Below are positions 22,950-39,430 of a stretch of 64,000 nucleotides of DNA, piece by piece; the stretch's first letter is position 1; each line of letters opens with the position of its first letter. Source of the stretch: the human T2T-CHM13v2.0 reference genome, Homo sapiens. The notes under the pieces were generated by a model. It was not told the origin of the DNA. It was given only the letters and a program-made list of their open reading frames with translations, and made no database searches. The translations under genes were made by a program, and so were the position numbers. The stretch is taken from assembly GCF_009914755.1 (NCBI RefSeq), contig NC_060930.1, one strand, 5' to 3'.

Positions 22950-25900
22950 AGGAGGAGGAGCAAGATGGCCAAATATAACCCTCCAGCAATCATCCCCCAC
23001 TACAGGAACACCAAACCGAATAGCTACCCACACAAGAAAGCACCTTCATAAGTACCAAAAATCAGGTGAGCGATCACAGTACCTGCTTTTAACATCATGT
23101 CAAGGAAAGGGGCACTAAAGAGGGTAGGAAAGACAGTCTTGAATTGCCTATGCCACCCCTCTTTCACTCCCTGGCAGCACAGCATGGCATGGAGAGAGAA
23201 TCTGTGCATTTTCGGGGAGGGAGAGCAAAGTGATTGTGAGGCTTTGCATTAGAAGTCAGTATTATCCTATTATAGCAGAAAGCAACACAGGGCAGAATTT
23301 GGCTGGCACTCATGCAGGGAGCATTTAAACTAGCCATAGCCAGAAAAGAATCATCGATCCCAGTGGTCAAAACCTGATTTCTGGTTAGCCCCATTGCCAT
23401 GGACTAAAAGCACTCTGGGGTCCTAACAAACTTGAAATCAGTCTAGACCATAAGGACTGGGCAAGTCCTGGTGCTGTGCTGGGTTCAGAGCCAGTGGACT
23501 TGGAGTGCACATCACCCAGTGAGACACCATCTGGGGTGACCAAGGGAGTGCTTGTGTTACCCCTCCCCCAGCTCCAGAGAGTGCAGCTCACAGCTCCGGG
23601 AAGAAAGGGAAGAGTAAGGATGACTTTGTCTTCCAACTTGGATACTAGCTCAGCCACAGTAAAATCAAGCACTAAGCAGAGTCCTGAAGCCCCCATTCCA
23701 GGCCATACCTCTCAGACAATATATCTATACCCACCGTGGGCCAGAAGGGAACCCACTGCCCTGAAGGAAAGAAACTAGTCCTAGCAGAATTCACCATCTG
23801 CTGACTAAAGAGCCTTTGGGCCTTGAATAAACATCAGTGGTAGCTAGAGGGCAGTCACCAAGGGCCTTAGGCAAGATCTAGTATTGTACTGGCTTCAGGC
23901 ATGACCCAGCAAATTCCCAGCTGTGGCGGCCGCAGCCTTCATGACAAAAATCCCCAAAAAACCGGGTATAGAAGGAATGTACCTCAACATAATAAAAGCC
24001 ACATATGATAGATCCACAGCTAGTATCATACTGAATGGGGAAAAACTGAAAGCATTTCCTCTAAGATCTGGAACAAGACAAGGATGCCCACTTTCACCAC
24101 TGTTATTCAACATAGTATTGATGGTCCTAGCTAGAGCAATCAGACAAGAGAAAGAAATAAAGGGCATCCAAACTGTAAAGTAAGAATTCAAATTATCCTT
24201 GTTTTCAGATGATATGATCTCATATTTGGAAAAACCTAAATATCCCACCAAAAAACTATTATAACTTATAAATATATTCAGTAAAGTTGCAGGATACAGA
24301 ATCTACATATAAAAATCAATAACATTGCTATATGCAACAGTGAACAATCTGAAAAAGAAATCAAGAAAATAATCCCACTTACAATAGCTATGAATAAAAT
24401 ACCTAAGAATAAACTTAACCAAAGAAGTGAAAGATCTCTACAATGGAAACTAGAAAACTTCGATGAAAGAAATTGATGAGAAGACATAAAAATGGAAAGA
24501 TATTTCATGTTCATGGACTGGAGGAATCACTATTGTTAAGATGTCCATATCACCCAAAGCAAACTACAAATTCAGTGATCTCTACCAAAATACCAATGAT
24601 CTTCTTCACAGAAATAGAGAAAATAATCCCAAAATTAATATGAAACTACAGATGACCCAGAATAGCCAAAGCCATCCTAAGCAAAAAGAATGAAACTAGA
24701 GGAATCACATTACCTGGCTTCAAATTATATTATGAAGGTATAGTAATCAAAACAGCATGGTACTGGCATAAAAAAAAGACACATAGACCAATGGAACAGA
24801 ATAGAGAACCCATAAACAAATTCATACATCTACAGGGAACTCATTTTCAACAAAGGTTCCAAGAACATACAATGGGGAAAAGACAATCTCTTCTATAAAT
24901 GCTGCTGAGAAAACTGGATATCCATACAGAATAATGAAACTAGACTCCTATCTCTTGCCATATACAAAAAGAAAATTTAGGTTAAATCTAAAACCTTAAA
25001 CCACAAAACTACTAAAAGAAAGCATTGGGGAGACTCTCCAGGATATTGGTCTGGGCAAAAATTTCTTGAGTAATACCCCCAAAACACAGGCAACCAAAAC
25101 AAAAATGGGTAAATGGGATCACATAAAGTTAATAAGCTTCTGCACAGCAAGGGAAACAATCAACAAAGTGAAGTGACTACCCACAGAATAGAAGAAAGTA
25201 TTTGTGAACTACTCATCTGACAATGGATTAATAACCAGAATATATAAGGAGTTCAAACAACTTAACAGAAAAAAATCTAATCATCCAATTAAAAATGTGC
25301 AAAAGATCTGATTAGACATTTTTTGAAGGAAGATGTACAAATGACAAACAGGTATATGAAAAGGTGCCCAACATCACTGATCATCAGAGAAATGCAAATC
25401 AAAACTGCAATGAGCTATCATGTCACCCCATTTAAAATGGCTTTTATCCACAGACAGACAATAATGAATGAATGCTGGCAGGGATGTGGAGAAAGGGGAA
25501 CCCTCATACACTGTTGGTGGAAATGTAAATTTTATAGCAACTGTGGAGAACAGTTTGGAGGTTTCTCAAAAAACTAAAAATAGAACTACCATATGATCCA
25601 ATGCTCCCACTGTTAGGTTTATACCCCAAAGAAAGGACATCAGTATATTTAAGAGATACCTGCACTGCCATGTTTATTGCAGCACTATTCACAATAGCCA
25701 AGATTTGGAAGCAACCTAAGTATCCATCAACAGATGAATGGATAAAGAAAACGTGGTACATATATACAATGCAGTACTATTCAGCCATAAAAAAGAATGT
25801 GATGCTGTTATTTGCCACAACATGGATGCGACTGGAGTTCATTATGTTGAATGAAATAAGCCAGGCATAGAAAGACAAACTTCACATGCTCTTACTTATT

Positions 25901-26295
25901 TGTGGGAGCTAAAAATTAAAACAATTGAGCTCATGGAGATAAAGAATAGAAGGATAGTTACCAGAGGCTGAGAAGTGTAGTGTGGGTGGGGGTACTTGGA
26001 TGGTTCATGGGCACTAAAATATAGTTAGATACAATAAATAAGATCTAGCATTTGATAGGACAACAAGGTGACTACCATTAGCAATAATTTGTTGTACATT
26101 TGAGAATAACTGAGGGAGTACAATTAGAATGTTTATAACACAAAGAAATGATAAATGCTTTAGATAATGGATGCCCCATTTACCCTGATGTGATTATTAC
26201 ATATTGTGTGCATGTCTGTATCAAAATGTCTCATGCATCCCATAAATATGTATACCTATTATGTACCCATAAAAATTAAAAATTTAAAAAATTAT
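22950..26295 (+). mobile_element. L1MA-type LINE-1: 5'UTR fused to the second half of ORF2 and the 3' end
   Basis: 5' end ggaggaggagcaagatggcc. Jumps at ~23936 into RT-region sequence ([17 protein letters not shown] in track ORF 23923-24183). ORF2 C-terminus at 25601-25870, followed by an L1MA-like 3'UTR. Confidence 0.85.
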
Positions 26296-26306
26296 AAAAT
26301 AAACAT

Positions 26307-26790
26307 AAAATAGGGAGATTATTCTGAATTATCTGAGTGACCCAATTTAAGTATGTGCTCCTTAAAAGCAGAGAACTCTACCTGGCTGGAAGCAGAAGAG
26401 AGACTTCCTCAGAAGCGGGAGTCAGAGAGATCAAAGAGTGTGCAGGACTTGTTCTACCATTGCTAAGTTTGAAAGGGTTTATGTGGGAAGACATGTGCAT
26501 AGCCTTTAGAAGCTGAGAGCCACTCCCAGCTGATGACAAGCAAGGAAATAAGAACTTCAGTTCTTCAATTGCTTGGAACTGAATTCTGCCAACTTAAATT
26601 ATCCTAGAAACAGAGCCTTCCCAAGAGCATCCTGAGGAAACACAGCTCTGCTGACAACTTAATTTAATCTTGTGAGATTCTGAGGAGAAAACACAGGTGA
26701 GCTTGGTACCTGGACTCCAATCACAGAAACTATGAGATAATAAATGGGTGTTTTTAAGCTTCTAATTTTGTGGAAATTGCCATATACAAT
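26307..26790 (+). mobile_element. MLT1 (MaLR) LTR
   Basis: taaaatagggagattattctg...gaaataagaacttcagttcttcaattgc...gaaactatgagataataaatgggtg. Confidence 0.75.
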
Positions 26791-29655
26791 CTGTATTCTC
26801 ATGGAGGGAATTTATCACATTTTTCCAACATTATGTGATAATTTGGGACTTTATTTTTGGATTTTATATTCCAGTATTAAATGTATGCCAAAGAATGGGG
26901 AAATAAATCAATATACAAAGAGCATATGCTGACCATTAAAACAAGCCTCAACACATTTTAAAAAACGGATAGCCATTTTCACAGCCTTAGCCATTGTTTT
27001 GTTTGGGCTCTAAAAATTCCAAGGCAACCAGGGACTGAAGCAGTCACCCGGTACAGCCCAGCAGCTCTACAGAGAAGAGATCAGACTGCTTATTCACATG
27101 GATCCTAAATCCTGTTTCTCTTCACTGGGCAGAATCTCTGATAGGGGTCTCTAGTCACTCCTGCCAGTGTTTTCTGGCCAACAAGGGTTTTCAAACCTCC
27201 CTGGGATGAAGCTCCCAGAGGGAGAGATGGGTCACCATCTTTGCTGTTTAGCAGCCTTCACTGTTGATACCTTTAGGTACTGGAAAATCCAATGTGACTG
27301 GGGACTGGAGTGGACCCCCAGTATACTGCAGCAGCCCTATGAAAAAGTGGCCAGACTCTCTTATGTGGGTCCCTGATCCTGTATCTCCTCACTGGGTGGG
27401 TCCTCCAGGCCTGGGTCTCTAGCCACCTGCCATTGGGGCTATTGAGCCAGTAGCAACTCTACAACTCCCTGGGACAGAGCTCCCAGTGGAAGGGATGGGT
27501 TTCCAACTTTGCTGTCTCACAACCCTTGTCCTTGCTGTCTCCAGGCTCTAGAGAGTCTGTGGACAATGGGGACTGGTCCGGATCCCCAGCACAGAGCAAC
27601 CACCTCACAGAAAAGTGGCCAGACTCTTCTCTATGCAGATCTCAGTCCTCACTTCTCCTCACTAGGCAGGCCCACCCTACCTGGGACTCCAGCACAACCC
27701 CCGTGCCCCTGCCTGATCACCACAGTCAGAGGCAGCCCAGCATTTCTCCAAGGAGGAAATCTCAGAGTCAACCCACAACCCCGCTGTCATTACAGTTGCA
27801 GTGGTATTGCCCTAACAGCCCTTGGGCTGGGGAAGGAACAAAGGGCTGAGTCATTACACTGGCATCTCTAGCACACCATATCCCCATATGGAGAGGAGTC
27901 CAGCCCCCCTTTCCTGGGAACCCCCAACACTCCCCCCAACTCTTCACTAGGCAGGGTTCCTGGCTCGTAACCACAGAACAGTCACCCCACCCACAGCTAA
28001 GAATACCCACTTGTAATGGCTTGGAGTTTCCCTGGGAGGAAGCTTTCAGAGGAATCCAACAGCCCCTCTGCCATGGCCACAGCAGCAGTTCTGTCCTTGC
28101 TGCCCTCAGTCTGGGGAAGAAACAAAGAGTCTGAAGACTACACCTGAGGTTACAGCACACCACAGTCACGATATGGAGAGGAGATAAGTCTTTCCTCCTG
28201 GTGAGCCCTTGACCCCTGCTCCTCAACAAGTGGAGTCCCAAGCTCATGCCAGCAGTGCAGCCATGCCACCCCACTGGCTGAGCACTTTCAGTAACAGCAA
28301 CTTTGGGTTTCTCAAAGGTGGAGCCCCAGGGGCAACAGAAAGCCTCCCTGCCACTGCCTCTGCAGTGGTACTACACCTGCTACCCTCAGACTAACAAAGT
28401 AACAAAGAACCTCAATGTCTTACCAATATCTCCAACAAGCTGAAGTTAACCTAAAAAGATGCCAGTCTGTCTCTCATGGGTCTCAGCCACCCCCCTTGCT
28501 TGTCACTAGGCAGAGAACCCCAGCTTGGTCCCACAGCTCAGATTCCCCAACCCAGGCTGATTGCACTGAGAAATTGCTGACCTGCATCTCTCTGGAGTAG
28601 AGCCCACATAAAAGGCACAGAGTGGCAAGCAGGATAAAAAAGCAAGACTGAATGGTATGCTGTCTTCAAGAGACCCATTTCATAGGTAATGATACCCACA
28701 GGCTCAGAATAAAGGGATGGAGAAAAATCTACTAAGCAAATGGAAATTAAAAAAAGCAGGAGTTGCAACCCTAATTTCAGACAAAACAGACTTTAAACTA
28801 ACAAAGATACAAAAAGACAAAGAAGGGTATTACATAATGGTAAAGGATTCAATTCAGCAAGAAGAATTAACTATTCTAAATATATATGCACCCAACACAG
28901 AAGCACCCAGATTCATAAAGCAAGTTCTTAGAGGCCTACAAAGAGATGTACACTCCCACACAGTAATAGTGGGAGACTTCAACACTACACTGACAGTATT
29001 AGACAGATCACTGAGGCAGAAAATTAACAAAGATATTCAGGACCTGAACTCAACATTGGACCAAATGGATCTGATAGACCTCTACAGAACTCTCCACACT
29101 AAAACAAGAGAATATACATTCTTCTCATCGCCACATGGTGCATACCCTAAAATCGACCACATAATTGGACATGAAACAATTCTCAGCAAATGCAAAATAA
29201 CCAAAATCATACCAAACACATTCTTAGACCACAGTGCAATAAAAATAAAAGTCAAGATGAAGAAAATCACTAAAAATCATGAAATTACATGGAAAATAAA
29301 CAACATGTTCCTGGGTGACTTTTGGGTAAATAATTAAATTAAGGCAGAAATTAAGAAGTTCTTTGAAACTAACGAGGACAAAGATACAATATCTCTGGGA
29401 CACAGCTAAGATAGTGTTAAGAGGGAAACAAAGATAAGAAAATCTCTGGGACACAGCTAAGGAAGTGTTAAGAGGGAATTTCGTAGCATTAAATGCCTTC
29501 ATCAAGACACCTCACACGGCAGGGTATTCCAACAGACGTGCAGCTGAGAGTCCTGTCTGTTAGAAGGAAAACTAACAAACAGAAAGGACATCCACACCAA
29601 AAACCCATCTGTACATCACCATCATCAAAGACCAAAAGTAGATAAAACCACAAAG

Positions 29656-30673
29656 ATGGGGAAAAAACAGAACAGAAAAACTGGAAACTCTAAAAAGCAG
29701 AGTGCCTCTCCTCCTCCAAAGGAACGCAGTTCCTCACCAGCAACGGAACAAAGCTGGATGGAGAATGACTTTGACGAGCTGAGAGAAGAAGGCTTCAGAC
29801 GATCAAATTACTCTGAGCTACGGGAGGACATTCAGACCAAAGGAAAAGAAGTTGAAAACTTTGAAAAAAATTTAGAAGAATGTATAACTAGAATAACCAA
29901 TACAGAGAAGTGCTTAAAGGAGCTGATGGAGCTGAAAACCAAGGCTCGAGAACTACGTGAAGAATGCAGAAGCCTCAGGAGCCAATGCGATCAACTGGAA
30001 GAAAGGGTATCAGCAATGGAAGATGAAATGAATGAAATGAAGCAAGAAGGGAAGTTTAGAGAAAAAAGAATAAAAAGAAATGAGCAAAGCCTCCAAGAAA
30101 TATGGGACTATGTGAAAAGACCAAATCTACGTCTGATTGGTATACCTGAAAGTGATGGGGAGAATGGAACCAAGTTGGAAAACACTCTGCAGGATATTAT
30201 CCAGGAGAACTTCCCCAATCTAGCAAGGCAGGCCAATGTTCAGATTCAGGAAATACAGAGAATGCCACAAAGATACTCCTCGAGAAGAGCAACTCCAAGA
30301 TACATAATTGTCAGATTCACCAAAGTTGAAATGAAGGAAAAAATGTTAAGGGCAGCCAGAGAGAAAGGTTGGGTTACCCTCAAAGGGGAGCCCATCAGAC
30401 TAACAGCAGATCTCTCGGCAGAAACCCTACAAGCCAGAAAAGAGTGGGGGCCAATATTCAACAATCTTAAAGAAAAGAATTTTCAACCCAGAATTTCATA
30501 TCCAGCCAAACTAAGCTTCATAAGTGAAGGAGAAATAAAATACTTTACAGACAAGCAAATGCTGAGAGATTTTTGTCACCACCAGGCCTGCCCTAAAAGA
30601 GCTCCTGAAGGAAGTGTTAAACATGGAAAGGAACAACTGGTAACAGCTGCTGCAAAATCATGCCAAAATGTAA
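29656..30673 (+). pseudogene. L1 ORF1p (RNA-binding chaperone), frameshifted
   Basis: MGKKQNRKTGNSK...; extra T at 30570-30574 (gagatttttgtc) shifts the frame before the native TAA at 30671-30673. Confidence 0.93.
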
Positions 30674-30721
30674 AGACCATCGAGACTAGGAAGAAACTGC
30701 ATCAACTAACGAGCAAAATAA

Positions 30722-34563
<3,842 letters not shown>

Positions 34564-37500
34564 ACAATGAGATCACATGGACACAGGAAAGGGAATATCA
34601 CACTCTGGGGACTGTGGTGGGGTGGGGGTAGGGGGGAGGGATAGCATTGGGAGATATACCTAATGCTAGATGACGAGTTAGTGGGTGCAGTGCACCAGCA
34701 TGGCACATGTATACGTATGTAACTAACCTGCACAATGTGCACATGTACCCTAAAACTGAAAGTATAATAATAAAAAAAAAGAAGTTTGAAAGATAAATTA
34801 ACAACATAACCTCACATCCAAAAGAATTAGAAAATCAAGAACAAATCAACTGCAAAGCTAGCAGAAGACAAGAAATAATTAAAATCAGAACTGTACTGAA
34901 GGAAATAGAGACACAAAAAATCCATTCAAAATGTTAACAAATTCAGGAGTTTGCTTTCTGAAAACATTAATTAGATAGGCCTCTAGCTGGACAAATAAAG
35001 AAGAAAAGAGAGAAGATCCAAATAAACACAATTAAAAGTGACAAAGGGGATGTTACCACTGACTTGAAACAGTGCACACAAACTAGAAACCTAGAAGAGT
35101 TGGGTAAATTCCTGAACACATACACCCTCCCAAGAATGGACCATGAAGAAACTGATTCCATGAACAGACCAATAACAAGCTCTGATGCTGAATCAGTAAT
35201 AAATAGCCTACCAACCAAAAAAAAAAAAAAAAAAAAAGGCCAGGACCAGATGGATTCACAGCTGAAATCTACCAGATGTATAAAGAACCGGTACCATTCC
35301 ACCTGAAACTATTCCAAAAAATTGAGGAGGAGGGACTTCTCCCCAACTCATTTTATGAGGCCAGCATCATCCTGATCATAAAACCTGGCAAAGACACAAC
35401 AACAAAAGAAAGTTCAGGCCAATATCTTCCATGAACAATGAGGCAAAAATCCTGAACAAAATACCTGTAAACATAATCCAGCAGCACATCAAAAAGCTAA
35501 TCCATCATGATCAAGTAGGCTTAATCCTTGAAATGCAAGGTTGGTTCAACATACACAAATCAATAAATGTGATTCATCACATAAACAAAACTAAAGACAA
35601 AAATAACATGACTATCTCAATAGATGCAGAAAAGGCTTTCAACGAAATTCGACATCCCTTCATACTAAAAACTCTCAATAAACTAGGTGTTGAAGGAACA
35701 TACCTCAAAATAATAAGAGCCATCTATGACAAACCCACAACCAACATCATACTGAATGTACAAAAGCTGGAAGCATTCTTCTTGAAAACCAACACAAGAC
35801 AAGCATGCCCTCTCTCACCAATCCTATTCAACATAGTATTGGAAGTTCCGGCAAAGGCAATCAGGCAAGATTTCCTCCAACTAGGAAAACAGGAGGTCAA
35901 ACTACCCATTTACAGAAAGCATGATTCTATATCTAGAAAACCCCAGCAGTGAGTTTTTCATCTCAGCCCAAAAGCTCCTTCAGTTGATAAACAACTTCGG
36001 CAAACTTTCAGAGTATAACATCCATGTACAAAAATTATTAGCATTTCTATACACAAATAACAGCCAAGCCAAAAGCCAAATCAGGAACAAGATTCCACTC
36101 ACAGTTGCCACCAAAAGAAAAAAATACCTAGGAGTACAGCTAACCAGGGAGGGGAAAGATCTTTACAACGAGAATTACAAAACACTTCTCAAAGAAATCA
36201 GAGATGACACAAACAAATGTAAAAATATTCCATGATCTTAGAGAAGAAGAATCAATATCATTAAAATGTCCATACTGCCCAAAGCAATTTACAGATTCAG
36301 TGCTATTCCTTTCAAACTAATGATGACATTCTTCACAGAACTAGAAAAAAAACTATTTTAAATTTCATATGGAATTAAAAAAGAGCCTGAATAGCCAAGG
36401 CAATCCTGAGCAAAAAGAACAAAGCTGGAGGCATCACGTTACCCAACTTCAAACTATACTACAGGGCTATAGTATACAAAACAGCATAGTATTGGTACAA
36501 AAACAGACACATAGACCAATGGACCAGATTAGAGAGCCCAGAAATAAGGCCACATACCTACAACCATCTGATCTTTGACAAAGCTGATGAAAACAAGCAA
36601 TGGGGAAAAGACTCCTTTTCCAATAAATAGTACTGGGATAACTGGCTAGCCATATGCAGATTAACTGGACCCCTTCCTGAAACCCTATGCATAAATCCAA
36701 CTCAAGATGGATTAAAGACTTAAATGTAAAATCCAAAACTATACAAACCCTGGAAGATAACCTAGGCATACCATTCTGGACATAGATTGGGCGAAGATTT
36801 CATGATGAAGACACCAAAAGCAATTACAACAGAAGAAAAATTGACAAATGGGATCTAATTAAACTTAAGTTCTTCTGCAAAGCAAAAGAAACTATCAACA
36901 GAGTAAACAGACAACCTACAAAATGTGAGAAAATATTTTCAAACTATGCACCTGACAACGGTCTAATGTTGAGCGTCTATAAGTAACTTAAATAAGTTTA
37001 TAAGCAAAAAACAACCACATAAATAAGTGGGCAGAGGAATATGAACAGACTTTTCAAAAGAAGACATAGATGCAGCCAAGAAGCAAATGAAAAAAGCTCA
37101 ATATCACTGATCATTAGAGAAATGCAAATCAAAGCCACAATGAAATACCATCTCACACAAGTCAGAATGAGTATTTCAAAGCCAAAAAAATAAAAAAAGA
37201 AAAAAATAACAGATTCTGGTGAGGTTGTGGAGAAAAGAGAACACTTTTACACTGTTGCTGGGAATGTAAATAGATTTGACCATTGTGGAGAGCAGTGTGG
37301 CAATTCCTCAAAGAGCTCAAAACAGAAATACCATTCAACCCAGAAGTCCCATTACTGGGTATATATCCAAAGGAATATAAATCATTCTACCATAAAGACA
37401 CACGAACACGAATGTTCACTGCAGTACTATTCACAATAGCAAAGACATGGAATCAACCTAAATGCCCATCAATGATAGATTGGATAAAGAAAATGTGGTA

Positions 37501-37884
37501 CATATGCACCATGGAACACTCAGCAGCCATAAAAAAAGAATGAGATCATGCCCTTTGCAGGAACACGGATGGAGCTGGAGGCCACTGTCCTTAGCAAACT
37601 CAAAGCAGGAACAGAAAACCAAATACCATATGTTCTCTCTTATAAATGGGAGCTAAGTGATGAGAACACATGGACACAAAGAGGGGAACAACAGACACTG
37701 GGGCCTACTTGAGGGTGTGGGGTGAAAGGAGGGAGAGATTTGGGAAAAATAACAATTGGATACTAGGCTTAGTACATGGTACATGGGTGATGAAATAATT
37801 TGTACAACAAACCCCTGTGACCTGAGTTTACCTATATAACAAACCTGCACATGTACACCTGAAATAAAAGTTGAAAAAAAAGAA

Positions 37885-38055
37885 AATTGCAGAGTAGATT
37901 TTAAATGTCCTCACCACAAAAAGAGCATGTGAAGTAATAGATACCTTAATTAGCTTAATTTAGCCATTCCACAGTGTATACATATATTGTCACGTTGTAC
38001 ACTCTAATTATGTAGTCTTTTGTCAATTTTTAAAAATTAACTAATTAAAAAAAAA
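37885..38055 (+). mobile_element. Old L1M 3'-end fragment
   Basis: agagtagattttaaatgtcctcaccacaaa...ttaattagcttaatttagccattccacagtgtatacatat. Confidence 0.65.
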
Positions 38056-38060
38056 TTATG

Positions 38061-38300
38061 GGCTGGGCGCAGTGGCTCACTACTTTGGGAGGCCGGGGCA
38101 GGCAGATTGCCTGAGATCAGGAGTTCGAGACCAGCCTGGCAACATGGCAAAACCCCATCTCTACGAAAAATACAAAAATTAGCCAGGCATGGTGGAGGTG
38201 CCTGTAGTCCAATCTACTCAGGAGGCTGAGGCAGGAGAATCGCTTGAGCCCGGGAGGCAGAGTTTGCAGTGAGCCAAGATAGTGCCACTGCACTCCAGCC
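38061..38300 (+). mobile_element. AluS, 3'-truncated (no tail), with a 13-nt deletion near the 5' end
   Basis: ggctcac|tactttggga junction; ends at cactccagcc. Confidence 0.93.
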
Positions 38301-38329
38301 CTTATCATTCCTTTAAGGCCAGAAAAAAA

Positions 38330-39430
38330 GGATAGCCAGTTGTGACAGCACCATTTATTACATTAACTCCCACTTCTTCAATTATTTGAAATACCGTCTT
38401 TATCACATATGAGATTCTTATATATTTGGGGATCTATTTCTGGAGTTTCTGTCTTCTTTCACTGATGGATTTGCCTAGTTCTCTGTCAGCACTGATTCGT
38501 TCCAGTCTGTTTTGATTTCACACTACGCTTGTGCTCCCTCACTATTCTTCTTTTGCATTTTCTTGACTGTTCTTGGGTATTTAATTTTTCCTATGGACCT
38601 TGAGATTATACCCTAGTTCTGTTGCTTTTCCCATGACGCTCAAAGCCCTGTTGGGATTCTGATTGGAAATCATTCCATTTATAAATAAATTTTATGGGAA
38701 TGAACATCCATGTTATATGACAATGAAGAACATGGCATGTCTTTTCATTTATTCAGATGTCGTTTATAATAACATTTTATGGTTTTCTTCATCTAGGGCT
38801 TTTATAGTTATATTTATTTTACAGTTTTTGTTGCTACCATGAATAGCATTGCCTTCCATTTGTATTTCTAGTTGTTTTTTTACTAATATGGAGAACAACT
38901 GCTACTTTTAATCTACCCACTTTACCTAATTTTATGATTTTCATTTTTTTAGACTATTGAATTTTATGTTTTCTAAGTCTACACTCATATCACTGGCAAA
39001 AGAAATCCGATACTTATATATATAATATATATATAATATATTATATATCATTTATAAATGTTTTGGTCTTAATGGATTTACCAAAATCCATACATTATTG
39101 AATAATAATGACAATAATAGCATCACTGTCTATTGATTATTGATTTTAATTAATTTATTTTAATTAATTAATTTTAATTTTAATGGGTTAGTATTACACA
39201 GTTTTGAATGATATTCACTGCTGGTAATTGGTAAATGGTATTTGCATATTTTACCTCTGCTTTCATATAACAATTTTCCTTAGTATTTAAATAAATAGCT
39301 GCTGAATTTTACCAAAGATAACTTTTCTGCATCTATGACACATTTATCCTTTAATTCGTTAACGTAAGTGATAATGTTGATAGAGTCCTGATATTGAGCC
39401 ACCTTAATATTCTGGAAATAAGCTCTGTGA
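38330..39430 (-). mobile_element. Ancient L1ME-like ORF2 relic containing an AT-rich (TA)n tract at ~39016-39048
   Basis: ggatagccagttg...gcaccatttatt; gggatctatttctggagtttctg; gttgggattctgattggaa. Confidence 0.55.

Noticed and set aside
27000-29480. Periodic motifs as a CRISPR-like repeat-spacer array
   Set aside because: Degenerate L1 5'UTR monomers and a tandem duplication; no constant repeat with unique spacers, and the context is eukaryotic
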